NCBI GenBank assembly: GCA_030599585.1
Contig: JAUVNS010000003.1
Coordinates: forward strand, 96,001 to 160,000
Reading direction: 5' to 3'
Length of the DNA stretch: 64,000 nucleotides
Origin: Promethearchaeota archaeon
GTDB taxonomy: Archaea > Asgardarchaeota > Lokiarchaeia > Sigyniarchaeales > SOKP01
How positions within the stretch are numbered: the first letter of the stretch is position 1; the number at the start of each line of letters is the position of its first letter. A program made the position numbers and the translations under genes. The notes beneath the pieces are model-generated. The model did not search any database, was not told where the DNA came from, and saw nothing but the letters and a program-made list of their open reading frames with translations. Positions 16,824 through 25,903 of this stretch are shown here, in pieces.

Positions 16824-18077
16824 ATGCTTACGTTAAAATTAAAGAACAAATCAAAATTATTCAGCATTTTAATTCTTTTATTAATAATCATTAATTTCAA
16901 TATTTTAATTTCTCAAGTTCTATCCAAAAGAACTGAAAATGTTTCAGGATTTTCTACTCAGGATAAGGTCTACCCTAACGAATCTGTGAAATATGTCTTT
17001 TTTAACAACATAATTTTCGATATTTCTACCGATTCTTTTATTGATCTTGACATCCGTTACGATAGTAATATTGAAAATCGTCAAATCTATTTTCTTATCA
17101 ACAATAGCAACCCTATTTTACTTAATATAAGTTCTAAAGTATCAATGCAGAATTTTGGAATGCCTGGAATGCCTCAAGAGCCGAAAAAAGGCGAAACTCA
17201 ATTTCAATATAGATATAACTGCATTCTTCGAATTCAAACTAATACTACAATAGAATCTCTGACAATATATGGCATCAAAAGATCGATATATGGCTTAAAT
17301 CCTAATTCCGAATATTCCTTAGCTTTGTATGAATCCTCACAAGACTCTTGGGAGCTTATTGATACAATCGAGGAACTAAATGAAACGAGTTCAGAATATA
17401 CTTTAGCTGGTTCTGTCTCTGACCTTCAAACAGACACGGACTATTTTATTACTTTTTATGAGGTCGCTAATATCTTCGACAATTGGTTTTTAATGATTAT
17501 TTTAATTGTTGGTGCGATAGGAATTGGTTCAATCGCGATTTTAATTTCAAAAAAAGATTATTTCCAATACTTAAAAACTAGAACCATTCCAATTGAGAAG
17601 GGTGCGCATCGTTTAACCTTAGAAGACGTCTTAGAGAACGAGAATAGGAATAAAATTATTGACTTAATTCTTACAGAACCTGGAATTCATTTTAATGAGT
17701 TATTACGAAAAACTGAAATAGCAGCGGGTAATCTCGTCTGGCACCTCGATATTTTAGAAACTTACAAGGTAGTGGGTAAAAAAAGGATTGGAAATTTCAT
17801 AGCCTATTTTCCCTATTATCAAAAAAATCCTATTTCAAACCTTGATCTTCGATTGAGTAAGAGCAAGTTAACATTAGGCATTCTCGAAATGATCGAGAAA
17901 GAACCAGGTCTTTGGAACAGTGTAATCACAAAACATTTTAAGGTTGACCATAAAACAATTCAATATCATATTAATAAGTTAAAGGATTTAAATCTCATTC
18001 GCTTCAGAAGTGAAGGGAGAAAGAAAAAAATCTTTCCGAATTTAGAATCAGATTATTTTAATAAAAAAGATAAGTAG
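16824..18077 (+). CDS. Single-pass membrane transcription regulator: ectodomain, TM helix, tandem winged HTH
   Basis: Signal peptide, many NxS/T sequons, TM WFLMIILIVGAIGIGSIAILI, then LENENRNKIIDLI...PGIHFNEL...WHLDILE and a second HTH EPGLWNS...TIQYHINKL. Confidence 0.85.
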   Translation: MLTLKLKNKSKLFSILILLLIIINFNILISQVLSKRTENVSGFSTQDKVYPNESVKYVFFNNIIFDISTDSFIDLDIRYDSNIENRQIYFLINNSNPILLNISSKVSMQNFGMPGMPQEPKKGETQFQYRYNCILRIQTNTTIESLTIYGIKRSIYGLNPNSEYSLALYESSQDSWELIDTIEELNETSSEYTLAGSVSDLQTDTDYFITFYEVANIFDNWFLMIILIVGAIGIGSIAILISKKDYFQYLKTRTIPIEKGAHRLTLEDVLENENRNKIIDLILTEPGIHFNELLRKTEIAAGNLVWHLDILETYKVVGKKRIGNFIAYFPYYQKNPISNLDLRLSKSKLTLGILEMIEKEPGLWNSVITKHFKVDHKTIQYHINKLKDLNLIRFRSEGRKKKIFPNLESDYFNKKDK

Positions 18078-18184
18078 AGATTCTAGTAAGGGTAAGGACT
18101 GGGCGGGGCATTATTTATTTAGTAATATTGTTAAACATTGTGAGATTTGATTTTATATTAAATCATAGTTTATGATGTGGTGTT

Positions 18185-19303
18185 ATGAGCTCAATATCTA
18201 ACCAAGAATTTCATTTGCGGATTGAAAAAACTCAAAAATTATTACGGGATCATTCAATCCAAGCACTATTTTGCACATTAGGAACAAATTTTCAATATTT
18301 ACTTAACGTTAAAAGCAAACCTTTTGAAAGATTGGTTTTAGCGATTATTAAATCAAACGGAACTCCACATCTAATATGTCCTGCTTTCGAATTACAAAAT
18401 TATATAGAAAATACTCCATTATCGCAAGTCGATATTAGCATTTGGGAAGAAACTGAAGATCCCTTCCTATTAATGAAAAAAATTTGCATAGATAATGGCA
18501 TTCAGGATACAAATATTGCAATATCTCCCCAAACATCCTTCACGGTTTTTTCGAAGATTAAATCTGTTCTTCCTAAGGCTAAATTTGTAGACGCTCTCTC
18601 GATAATGGAAACTGTGCGTATTGTAAAAACTGATCAAGAAATCGAATTTTTAAAAAAAGCTAGTCATTTTTCTGCTAGAGGAATTGAAGCAGCGTTTGAT
18701 CAACTTTCAATTGGTATTACTGAAAAAGAAGCTTCAGCTCTAGTTGAAAAGGAGATAAGTTTGTTATCAGGAGAGCCCACATTATTTGCATTGGTTCAGT
18801 TTGGAGCGAATTCTTCAAACCCTCATGGTTCTCCTTCGAATAAAAAGCTTAAAAGAGATGAGGTTGTCTTAATTGATGCTGGCACATCATATAATGGCTA
18901 TGTCGCCGATATCACTAATACTACAGTATTTGGACATCCAAATGAAAAATTCTTGGAAATATATAATATCGTAGAAGAAGCTAATTATCGCGCAAGAGAA
19001 GCAGGGGGTGTAGGAATCTTACCTTCTCAAGTTGATGCTGCTGCCCGAGATTATATCCTAGAAAAGGGGTATGGACAATACTTTACACATCGTACAGGTC
19101 ATGGCATAGGTTTAGATGTCCACGAAGCCCCATATATAATCCAGACTAATTTGGTTCCATTAGGCTTAAAAAGCACGTTTACTATCGAACCAGGCATCTA
19201 CATCCCTGGAAAATTTGGCGTTCGAATCGAGGACGATGTAGTTGCTAGAAATAATGGCTGCGAACAACTTTCTTCCCCAATTCGGCGTTACTGGGAAAAA
19301 TAA
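18185..19303 (+). CDS. Xaa-Pro aminopeptidase/dipeptidase (M24B)
   Basis: PH, IDAG, YVADIT, HRTGHGIGLDVHE, TIEPGIY, RIEDD: complete metal ligand set. Confidence 0.92.
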   Translation: MSSISNQEFHLRIEKTQKLLRDHSIQALFCTLGTNFQYLLNVKSKPFERLVLAIIKSNGTPHLICPAFELQNYIENTPLSQVDISIWEETEDPFLLMKKICIDNGIQDTNIAISPQTSFTVFSKIKSVLPKAKFVDALSIMETVRIVKTDQEIEFLKKASHFSARGIEAAFDQLSIGITEKEASALVEKEISLLSGEPTLFALVQFGANSSNPHGSPSNKKLKRDEVVLIDAGTSYNGYVADITNTTVFGHPNEKFLEIYNIVEEANYRAREAGGVGILPSQVDAAARDYILEKGYGQYFTHRTGHGIGLDVHEAPYIIQTNLVPLGLKSTFTIEPGIYIPGKFGVRIEDDVVARNNGCEQLSSPIRRYWEK

Positions 19304-19411
19304 TCCTCCTTGCAAATAAATTTTTTTTGCTTATAGACAATTAGGCATACCTTTAATATGTCTTCAATTTTAAAATTAGTAATTCAATTTCCCTAATCAA
19401 AAATTAAAATA

Positions 19412-19915
19412 ATGATAAATCCAGAAGCTTTTTTAGAATTTATTAAAGATCGAAGAAGTATTAGGAGCTTTCAAGATAAACAAGTTCCGGATAATGAGAT
19501 TCAAATGATCCTAGAGGCAGGAAGATGGGCTCCAAGCGCTTCGAATAAGCAACCCTGGGAATTTTATGTTATTAGAGATAAAGAAATCTTAAAAGAAATC
19601 TCGAAAAACGCTATTTATGGTAGACATATCAAAAGAGCACCTTTTGCTATTGCAATCATCGGAAAAAAAACAATTAGTCCCAATTACTATATTCAAGACA
19701 CATCTTTGGTGTCTATGACTATGATGTTAATGGCTTGGTCATTGGGTATAGGGACATGTTGGACTGGATCGATGAATAGGGAAAAAGCTAAAGAAATATT
19801 AGGTTTGGGAAAAGACGATTACATTCTTACTATCTTACCGATGGGATATATTAAAGGCAATATTCCAAAACCAACCTTAAGAACGGCTTTAGACCAAATA
19901 CTAAAAGAAATATAG
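19412..19915 (+). CDS. Nitroreductase family protein
   Basis: RRSIRSF, APSASNKQPWEF, LGIGTCW. Confidence 0.92.
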   Translation: MINPEAFLEFIKDRRSIRSFQDKQVPDNEIQMILEAGRWAPSASNKQPWEFYVIRDKEILKEISKNAIYGRHIKRAPFAIAIIGKKTISPNYYIQDTSLVSMTMMLMAWSLGIGTCWTGSMNREKAKEILGLGKDDYILTILPMGYIKGNIPKPTLRTALDQILKEI

Positions 19916-20089
19916 ATTGTAATAAAGCAAATTTAGTAGATAATTAGTAAATCATCAAGTTCTTCACGAGTCTTTTTTTCTCAAAATTTGACTAATTTGT
20001 CCTAAACTACGATTTCTTAACAGTTTTAAGATAAGTTAATTAAATAAATAATAATTATTCATATAATTAACATTGAAGGTGATATTCAA

Positions 20090-20470
20090 ATGGGAAAAGG
20101 AATAGGAATTACAGCACTAGTATTTTTTGTTTTATTTACATTTATTTCGTTTACTTTAGGTTTTGAAATTGGTGGAAATGACTTAGAAATAGCAATGATT
20201 GTTTTAGCGGAAGGTATTCTTTTTAGTTCGACAGCTTTTTTAATTCCAGGAATTCTTAGTCTAATAGGAAAGCCACTTGGCAAAGTTGCATGGTTTTATG
20301 CTTTAATACCGTTAACTCTCGCATGTTTTTTAATATATACCATTGTGATTGCCGCGTTATTTCCCACATCATTCATAAGTAATTTCACTGGATATTTAGG
20401 AACAGGTCTTGCAATTTCCGTAGTATTTTCCATTGTTGCACTATGTGGGGGCTATGCAAAACTTCATTAA
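20090..20470 (+). CDS. Small multi-pass membrane protein
   Basis: About four hydrophobic helices; GGTGA SD upstream. Confidence 0.7.
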   Translation: MGKGIGITALVFFVLFTFISFTLGFEIGGNDLEIAMIVLAEGILFSSTAFLIPGILSLIGKPLGKVAWFYALIPLTLACFLIYTIVIAALFPTSFISNFTGYLGTGLAISVVFSIVALCGGYAKLH

Positions 20471-20483
20471 TTTTTTTTTTATA

Positions 20484-21644
20484 TTATATTAAAACTTCAT
20501 CGAGCTCTTCTGGGGCTTTTGTTAATTTAATATAGCCATCATTCGTTATTAAAACAGAGTCAGAATGTCGAAAACCTCCTAACCCTGGAATATAAATTCC
20601 CGGTTCAACGCTGATTAACATATTAGGTTCGAGAGGTCTATCGTATCCTTCAGCTAAATAAGGTGCCTCATGACCGGTAATTCCAAGCCCATGCCCGGTG
20701 CGATGAATGATATAATCACCATACCCTTTCTCCGTTATAAACTTTCTTACTTTAGTATCTATCTCGCCCATAATCGTTCCTGGTTTTAACATGCTGTAAG
20801 CCAACTCTCTGGCTTGGAACATCACCTCAAACGGTTTCTTAGCTTTATCTGGTATGTGTCCTAAAAAGAAAGTTCTTTCTATTTCAACACCATAACCGTC
20901 TACTTGAGCGTAAACTATGGAAACATGTGGCCCTCCTTCTTCCATTTCAGCAAACAGCTTTGGAATTATGTGCGGGTCGTGAGAAAAGGAAGGAGGCCAA
21001 ACTGCTCCTACCGTTCTACAGACGATAAAATTAGCACTTGGTATATCGGTAACAATTTTTGAAGTCATGAATCCTGTGACTTTCTGATATAAAGCAAATT
21101 CGGGTACTCCAGGACGGCAGATTTTGAACAATTCTTTATGTCCTCTATTAATAATTTTACACGCATGGACAGATCTTCCAATTTCGTAATCTGTTTTTAC
21201 TATTCGCACTTCATCAATAATATCTGTAATTATTTTGTTCCCGGGTGTTTTTTCTGCGATCCCCGATGGCATTGCACCTTCGATACCCACTTTTTTTTCT
21301 TTTTCAATAAGTTTTTGGTATACATCGTACCAATTTTCTCCTTGGGGCGCTGGGAACTCGTAATAACTGTGAAATTCAAGTTCTCCTATAGATCTAGATT
21401 CAACGTGACTTTTTTCTAAGAGGGGAACTACCATTTTAGGTGTTCCTTCTCTTTCTATAATGAGAAGAAAAGGACGTTCGTGAACGTTATTAGCAAAATT
21501 AGTTAAATAATAAATGTTGGTTGGATCAAATGACACATAGTAATCCAAATTCTCTTGTAACATCAAGTTTCTTACTTTCTTTAATCGATTGGAAAGTTCT
21601 TCTCGGCTTGGTGGTGTTGTAATTCCTTTTGGTTTAACATTCAT
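20484..21644 (-). CDS. M24-fold (creatinase/Xaa-Pro peptidase-like) hydrolase with altered metal ligands
   Basis: HDPH, GYGVEIERT, HRTGHGLG..GHE, SVEPGIY, FRHSD. Confidence 0.85.
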   Translation of the reverse strand: MNVKPKGITTPPSREELSNRLKKVRNLMLQENLDYYVSFDPTNIYYLTNFANNVHERPFLLIIEREGTPKMVVPLLEKSHVESRSIGELEFHSYYEFPAPQGENWYDVYQKLIEKEKKVGIEGAMPSGIAEKTPGNKIITDIIDEVRIVKTDYEIGRSVHACKIINRGHKELFKICRPGVPEFALYQKVTGFMTSKIVTDIPSANFIVCRTVGAVWPPSFSHDPHIIPKLFAEMEEGGPHVSIVYAQVDGYGVEIERTFFLGHIPDKAKKPFEVMFQARELAYSMLKPGTIMGEIDTKVRKFITEKGYGDYIIHRTGHGLGITGHEAPYLAEGYDRPLEPNMLISVEPGIYIPGLGGFRHSDSVLITNDGYIKLTKAPEELDEVLI

Positions 21645-21837
21645 AATAAATTCTTCAAATTAATTCTCTAAAATTAATAATTATAAGAAATTCTTAATAA
21701 AAAATTTATTAGTTTTTTGGGATTTTAACTAACAAAGAACAAGGAAAGCATAAAGAAACCTTTTCAAAGCAAGAGCAATCTATTTATTTATTAGCATAAT
21801 TTACATATTAAAAATACATTAAAAAGAGGAAACAAAA

Positions 21838-23370
21838 TTGAAAACATTTGAAGATTATTTAGCCCGGTTATATAAAATGAAGCCTAACATTTACATTGGT
21901 GACGAATTAGTAGGTCGGGATGACCCTCGATTACAGGGTGGTCAAAATATCATAAAAGTTACTTATGATTGCGCTCATAGCGAGGAATATGAAGATTTAT
22001 GTGTAGTTACCTCTCACTTAACTGGAAAGAAGATAAATAGGTTTACCCATATACATCAAAGCGAAGATGACCTCTTAAAAAAGCAGTTAATGACTCGACT
22101 ACTCTGTCATCGTGTTGGGGGCTGTATCCAACGCTGTATGGGTTGTGATTCATTAAACGCTCTCTCTGTAATTACATACGAGCTAGATCAAGCGTTAGGA
22201 ACAGATCATTACAAACGGTTTAATAAGTATTTAGAATATTTTCAAGAGAACGATTTAGTCGCTAGTGCGGCTCAAACTGATGCTAAAGGAGATCGTTTGA
22301 AGAGACCTCACGAACAAGAAGATCCAGACCAATATTTAAGGGTTATTGAAACAAGGGAAGATGGAATCGTTGTTAGAGGGTGTAAAGTTAGCATTACAAA
22401 CACACCATATGCAGATGAGCTGATTGTAGTCCCTTGTAGGTATATGGGCCCGGAAGATAAAGATTACGCCGTATCATTTGCATTGCCTACAGATTGGGAT
22501 GGAATTAAATTATTAACGAGACCTGCTAGCTTTAGAAAAAGTAAACACATGCAATTTCCTGCTGGGAATTTTGGAGACGCAGAGACTTTCATTATCTTTG
22601 ACGATGTTTTTGTTCCAAACGATAGAATTTTCTTAAACGGAAATGGAGATCCCAGGCAAACTGCATATGCTGGCTTTCTAGCGTTGATGTTTGCTCATTA
22701 TCATCGCCACAGTTATACAGGTTGCAAACCTGCTGTTACGGAAGTAATTGCTAGCGCCGCAGCGTTAGTTGCAGAGTATAATGGGATTGAAAAGGCTTCA
22801 CATGTTCAAGACAAGCTTTCTCATTTAATAGGCACAGCAGAGCTCGTATTTGCTGCTGGGGAATCCAGTGCAAAACATTCTGAAAAAGCTCCTTCTGGAA
22901 CACAAGTTCCGGACGAGATTTTAACCAATGCTGGAAGGAGACTTGCTGGAGAAATGATTTACGATGAGTATAAAATATTAGCAGACCTTTCTGGCGGTCT
23001 AATTGCAACACTACCATACGAAGGATCGTTCTTTTCTGAAGATGTTGGAGAACTTGCTATGAAATATATGAAGAGAAATCCAAGAGTTAAACCAGAAAAT
23101 GTTTTACGCTGTTTTAGAGGCATTGAAGCTTTCGCGGTTTCAGAAATAACAGGTCTATTACAAGTAGCTGGCTTACACGGGGGAGGATCGCCATCAATGG
23201 AAACTATAACTATGATGATGCGTTATGATATTGAAAAATTGAAGAATATCTCAAAATACCTCTTCGGGATTAAGTCCAAACTGAAAAGATACGAAAGACC
23301 AACTGTTACACCAAGAAAACAACTCGAAAAATTTCGAAAAGCTATGAAAGGGAAAAAATTAGAGAAATAA
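21838..23370 (+). CDS. abfD: 4-hydroxybutyryl-CoA dehydratase/vinylacetyl-CoA isomerase family protein
   Basis: CIQRC.G.D and HRHSYTGCK [4Fe-4S] ligand motifs, TDAKGDR, HGGGSP. Confidence 0.82.
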   Translation: MKTFEDYLARLYKMKPNIYIGDELVGRDDPRLQGGQNIIKVTYDCAHSEEYEDLCVVTSHLTGKKINRFTHIHQSEDDLLKKQLMTRLLCHRVGGCIQRCMGCDSLNALSVITYELDQALGTDHYKRFNKYLEYFQENDLVASAAQTDAKGDRLKRPHEQEDPDQYLRVIETREDGIVVRGCKVSITNTPYADELIVVPCRYMGPEDKDYAVSFALPTDWDGIKLLTRPASFRKSKHMQFPAGNFGDAETFIIFDDVFVPNDRIFLNGNGDPRQTAYAGFLALMFAHYHRHSYTGCKPAVTEVIASAAALVAEYNGIEKASHVQDKLSHLIGTAELVFAAGESSAKHSEKAPSGTQVPDEILTNAGRRLAGEMIYDEYKILADLSGGLIATLPYEGSFFSEDVGELAMKYMKRNPRVKPENVLRCFRGIEAFAVSEITGLLQVAGLHGGGSPSMETITMMMRYDIEKLKNISKYLFGIKSKLKRYERPTVTPRKQLEKFRKAMKGKKLEK

Positions 23371-23453
23371 ATCTATGATTTCTATTCTTTTTTTTCTATT
23401 AAATTATTTTTTAATATTATTAAGTTATTAAGTTAGTAGAGTATGAAGTTGTT

Positions 23454-23900
23454 ATGAAGGATGTTAATGAAAAAGATAAAGTAGTAATAGACAAACTGCT
23501 TGGAATTGAGGATTTTAAAGAAATTGAAGTCAGAGTCGACGATACTGATTTAATGCAGGTTGTCCATTCTAACAAATATCTTAATTATTTCGACGATGGC
23601 TTCATAAGTTTTGTACAAAAGCTCAATAAAAATTGTGGCGAGTTACACAAAGAAGGAATCGTGTTTCCAGTCAGAAAAGTTGAAATTGAATATATAAAAT
23701 CGGCTACTTTTGGCGATAAAATTCTTATTCACACTCGAGTTATTAAAGTAGGAAACACCTCTATAACTCTTGCCATGGATTGTTATAAAAACAATAAATC
23801 AGAAGATACACTTCTTGTTAAAGGTATTATTGTAAGGCTTATCATGGACATGAATACCAATGATTTAATCAAAATAACTGATTTCTTCGGAGATATTTAA
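23454..23900 (+). CDS. Acyl-CoA thioesterase (4HBT/YbgC hotdog fold)
   Basis: DTDLMQVVHSNKYLNYFD. Confidence 0.85.
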   Translation: MKDVNEKDKVVIDKLLGIEDFKEIEVRVDDTDLMQVVHSNKYLNYFDDGFISFVQKLNKNCGELHKEGIVFPVRKVEIEYIKSATFGDKILIHTRVIKVGNTSITLAMDCYKNNKSEDTLLVKGIIVRLIMDMNTNDLIKITDFFGDI

Positions 23901-23916
23901 TCAATAATTAGATTCT

Positions 23917-24684
23917 TTACTCTTTCTTAACAAATTTTCCAAGTCTTTTTTTAAGTTCTTCAGACTGCCCCGTTGTAATCATAGCTATTGATTCGCGTGC
24001 TAAAACGGATTCAATACTTAAATCTTGGTTTTCGTTGATAAACTTCTTTGTATACTGAAGAGCAAGGTGATCTCTTGAAACTATCATATTTGCTGTTTTT
24101 TTTAAGATTCTTGGTAGACTTGGTGTAGGACATACTTGATTAACCAGCCCTATTCTATGCGCTTCTTCAGCAGAGAGTTCTTTACCCATTATCATCAATT
24201 CTTTGGCTCTTCCTTCCCCGATTATTCTAGGTAAAAGTTTGGTTGACGCATTAGAAAAGAAAAGTCCTACCCCTACTTCAGGGAGCATAATTCGTGTATC
24301 TTCTGCTGCGATTTTATAATCACACACGAGAGTATGTTCAAATCCACCCCCTATCACCCACCCATGATAACCAACTATGATTATACCGGGATGGGCTATC
24401 ATTTTACGTGTCAAAATTTGCCATGATTCAAGAAACTCTACTGCTTCTGCAAGTCGTTCTTTATTCGTTAGCAAATCGTATCCATACTTTAGATCTGCTC
24501 CTACTGTAAAATGCTTACCATTAGCAGCGTAAATAACGCAAACATCGTTGTTCTCAGCACTCTTTTCAAAGAGTTCTATTAGTTTCTTTAGGACATCTAA
24601 CGTAATTGTATTTCTTTCTTTAGGCTTATTTAACGTTATTTTTCCGATGTCTCCTTTTTTTTCATATAATACAAAATCTTCCAA
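23917..24684 (-). CDS. Enoyl-CoA hydratase/isomerase family protein
   Basis: FTVGADL, GGGFE, LPEVGVG, AEEAHRIGLVN. Confidence 0.9.
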   Translation of the reverse strand: MEDFVLYEKKGDIGKITLNKPKERNTITLDVLKKLIELFEKSAENNDVCVIYAANGKHFTVGADLKYGYDLLTNKERLAEAVEFLESWQILTRKMIAHPGIIIVGYHGWVIGGGFEHTLVCDYKIAAEDTRIMLPEVGVGLFFSNASTKLLPRIIGEGRAKELMIMGKELSAEEAHRIGLVNQVCPTPSLPRILKKTANMIVSRDHLALQYTKKFINENQDLSIESVLARESIAMITTGQSEELKKRLGKFVKKE

Positions 24685-24794
24685 ATTGGATCCCTCTCAT
24701 TATTTCTATTTAGACTATCTATTATTTATAAAAGTTCAATATATGTTATCATAAAAGTTTTTTTATCTAATTAAGATTAGATTGCATAATCCCT

Positions 24795-25781
24795 TTAGCC
24801 TTTCGCTTCTGAAGAATTTTGGGTGGTTAATTCTTGTTTTTTATAATTTATTATAACTAGCGCTACCATAACAATTAGACCCCCAATAATGTTCCACAAA
24901 CCTATAACATCGTTTCTTTGAAAAAGTATCGATAAAATAAGAGTTATAAACGGTTGCAAATACAGAAATGATGCTACGCTTGAAGACTTCAGCTTTTTAA
25001 GAGAATAACTCCAAATATAATATCCAATTACGAACGCTCCTAAACCTAAATATAGAGCACATAGAAATACAACAATATTCAAAAAGTTATTTAGAAATAT
25101 ACTCAATTGTCCAGTAATTATAACAAGTATAAAGAACTCAACACATCCAAAGATGGAAATAATCTTTAGATTTTGAAAATCAGTCCTAGAGCTGTCAAAT
25201 TGCTTCACTTTTTTTATAGCAATTGTATAAAATGACCACATCAGAGGAGCTAAAAGAGCAAGGATATATCCTAAGAAATTAGGCGAATTGGGTTGAAGGA
25301 CTCCAATATTACCTCCAGTAATTAATAAAAATGCCCCAAATGAAGCAATTATAAAACCAATTACTTTATTTTTACTCAATTTTTCTTTGAAAATAACAAG
25401 TGAAAGTAACGTAATAAGAATAGGGTTAATTAAGCAATCTACAAGTACAGGTAATGATGGACCAATCAAGGAGATAGCCGAGTAAATAACAAGAAGGTAC
25501 ACAGATACTCCAGCTAAACTTGCTAATACTATATACAACCAGTAATTCCTTTCTGATCCTCTATTGATAGCCTTATCAGAAATTAAGGCAAGATTTTTAG
25601 AATTTCTCTTTCTAAGATACAAATCAATTAAAATCATTGAAATCGCTGCAATTATTAACCGATACAACGCGATCGAAAGCGGTGTAACGAAATCCATAGC
25701 TATATCAACAACTATGAATGAAAAGCCCCAGAAAAAAATCATCACAAAAAGTAAAAAATAGATAAATAGCATATTTGACAA
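24795..25781 (-). CDS. DMT/EamA family transporter
   Basis: About 10 TM helices; FWGFSF...RL; repeated EamA halves; FLYLQP. Confidence 0.88.
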   Translation of the reverse strand: MSNMLFIYFLLFVMIFFWGFSFIVVDIAMDFVTPLSIALYRLIIAAISMILIDLYLRKRNSKNLALISDKAINRGSERNYWLYIVLASLAGVSVYLLVIYSAISLIGPSLPVLVDCLINPILITLLSLVIFKEKLSKNKVIGFIIASFGAFLLITGGNIGVLQPNSPNFLGYILALLAPLMWSFYTIAIKKVKQFDSSRTDFQNLKIISIFGCVEFFILVIITGQLSIFLNNFLNIVVFLCALYLGLGAFVIGYYIWSYSLKKLKSSSVASFLYLQPFITLILSILFQRNDVIGLWNIIGGLIVMVALVIINYKKQELTTQNSSEAKG

Positions 25782-25903
25782 TTAAAAATATTTTAAATGA
25801 AAAAAGATTTTGCTTTAAAACCAGCCACAATTGTAGAATATGTTCAGATTTGGAAAAGAATCTAAATTAAAAGATTAAATAGCAATAGACCAAAATAGTA
25901 TTT

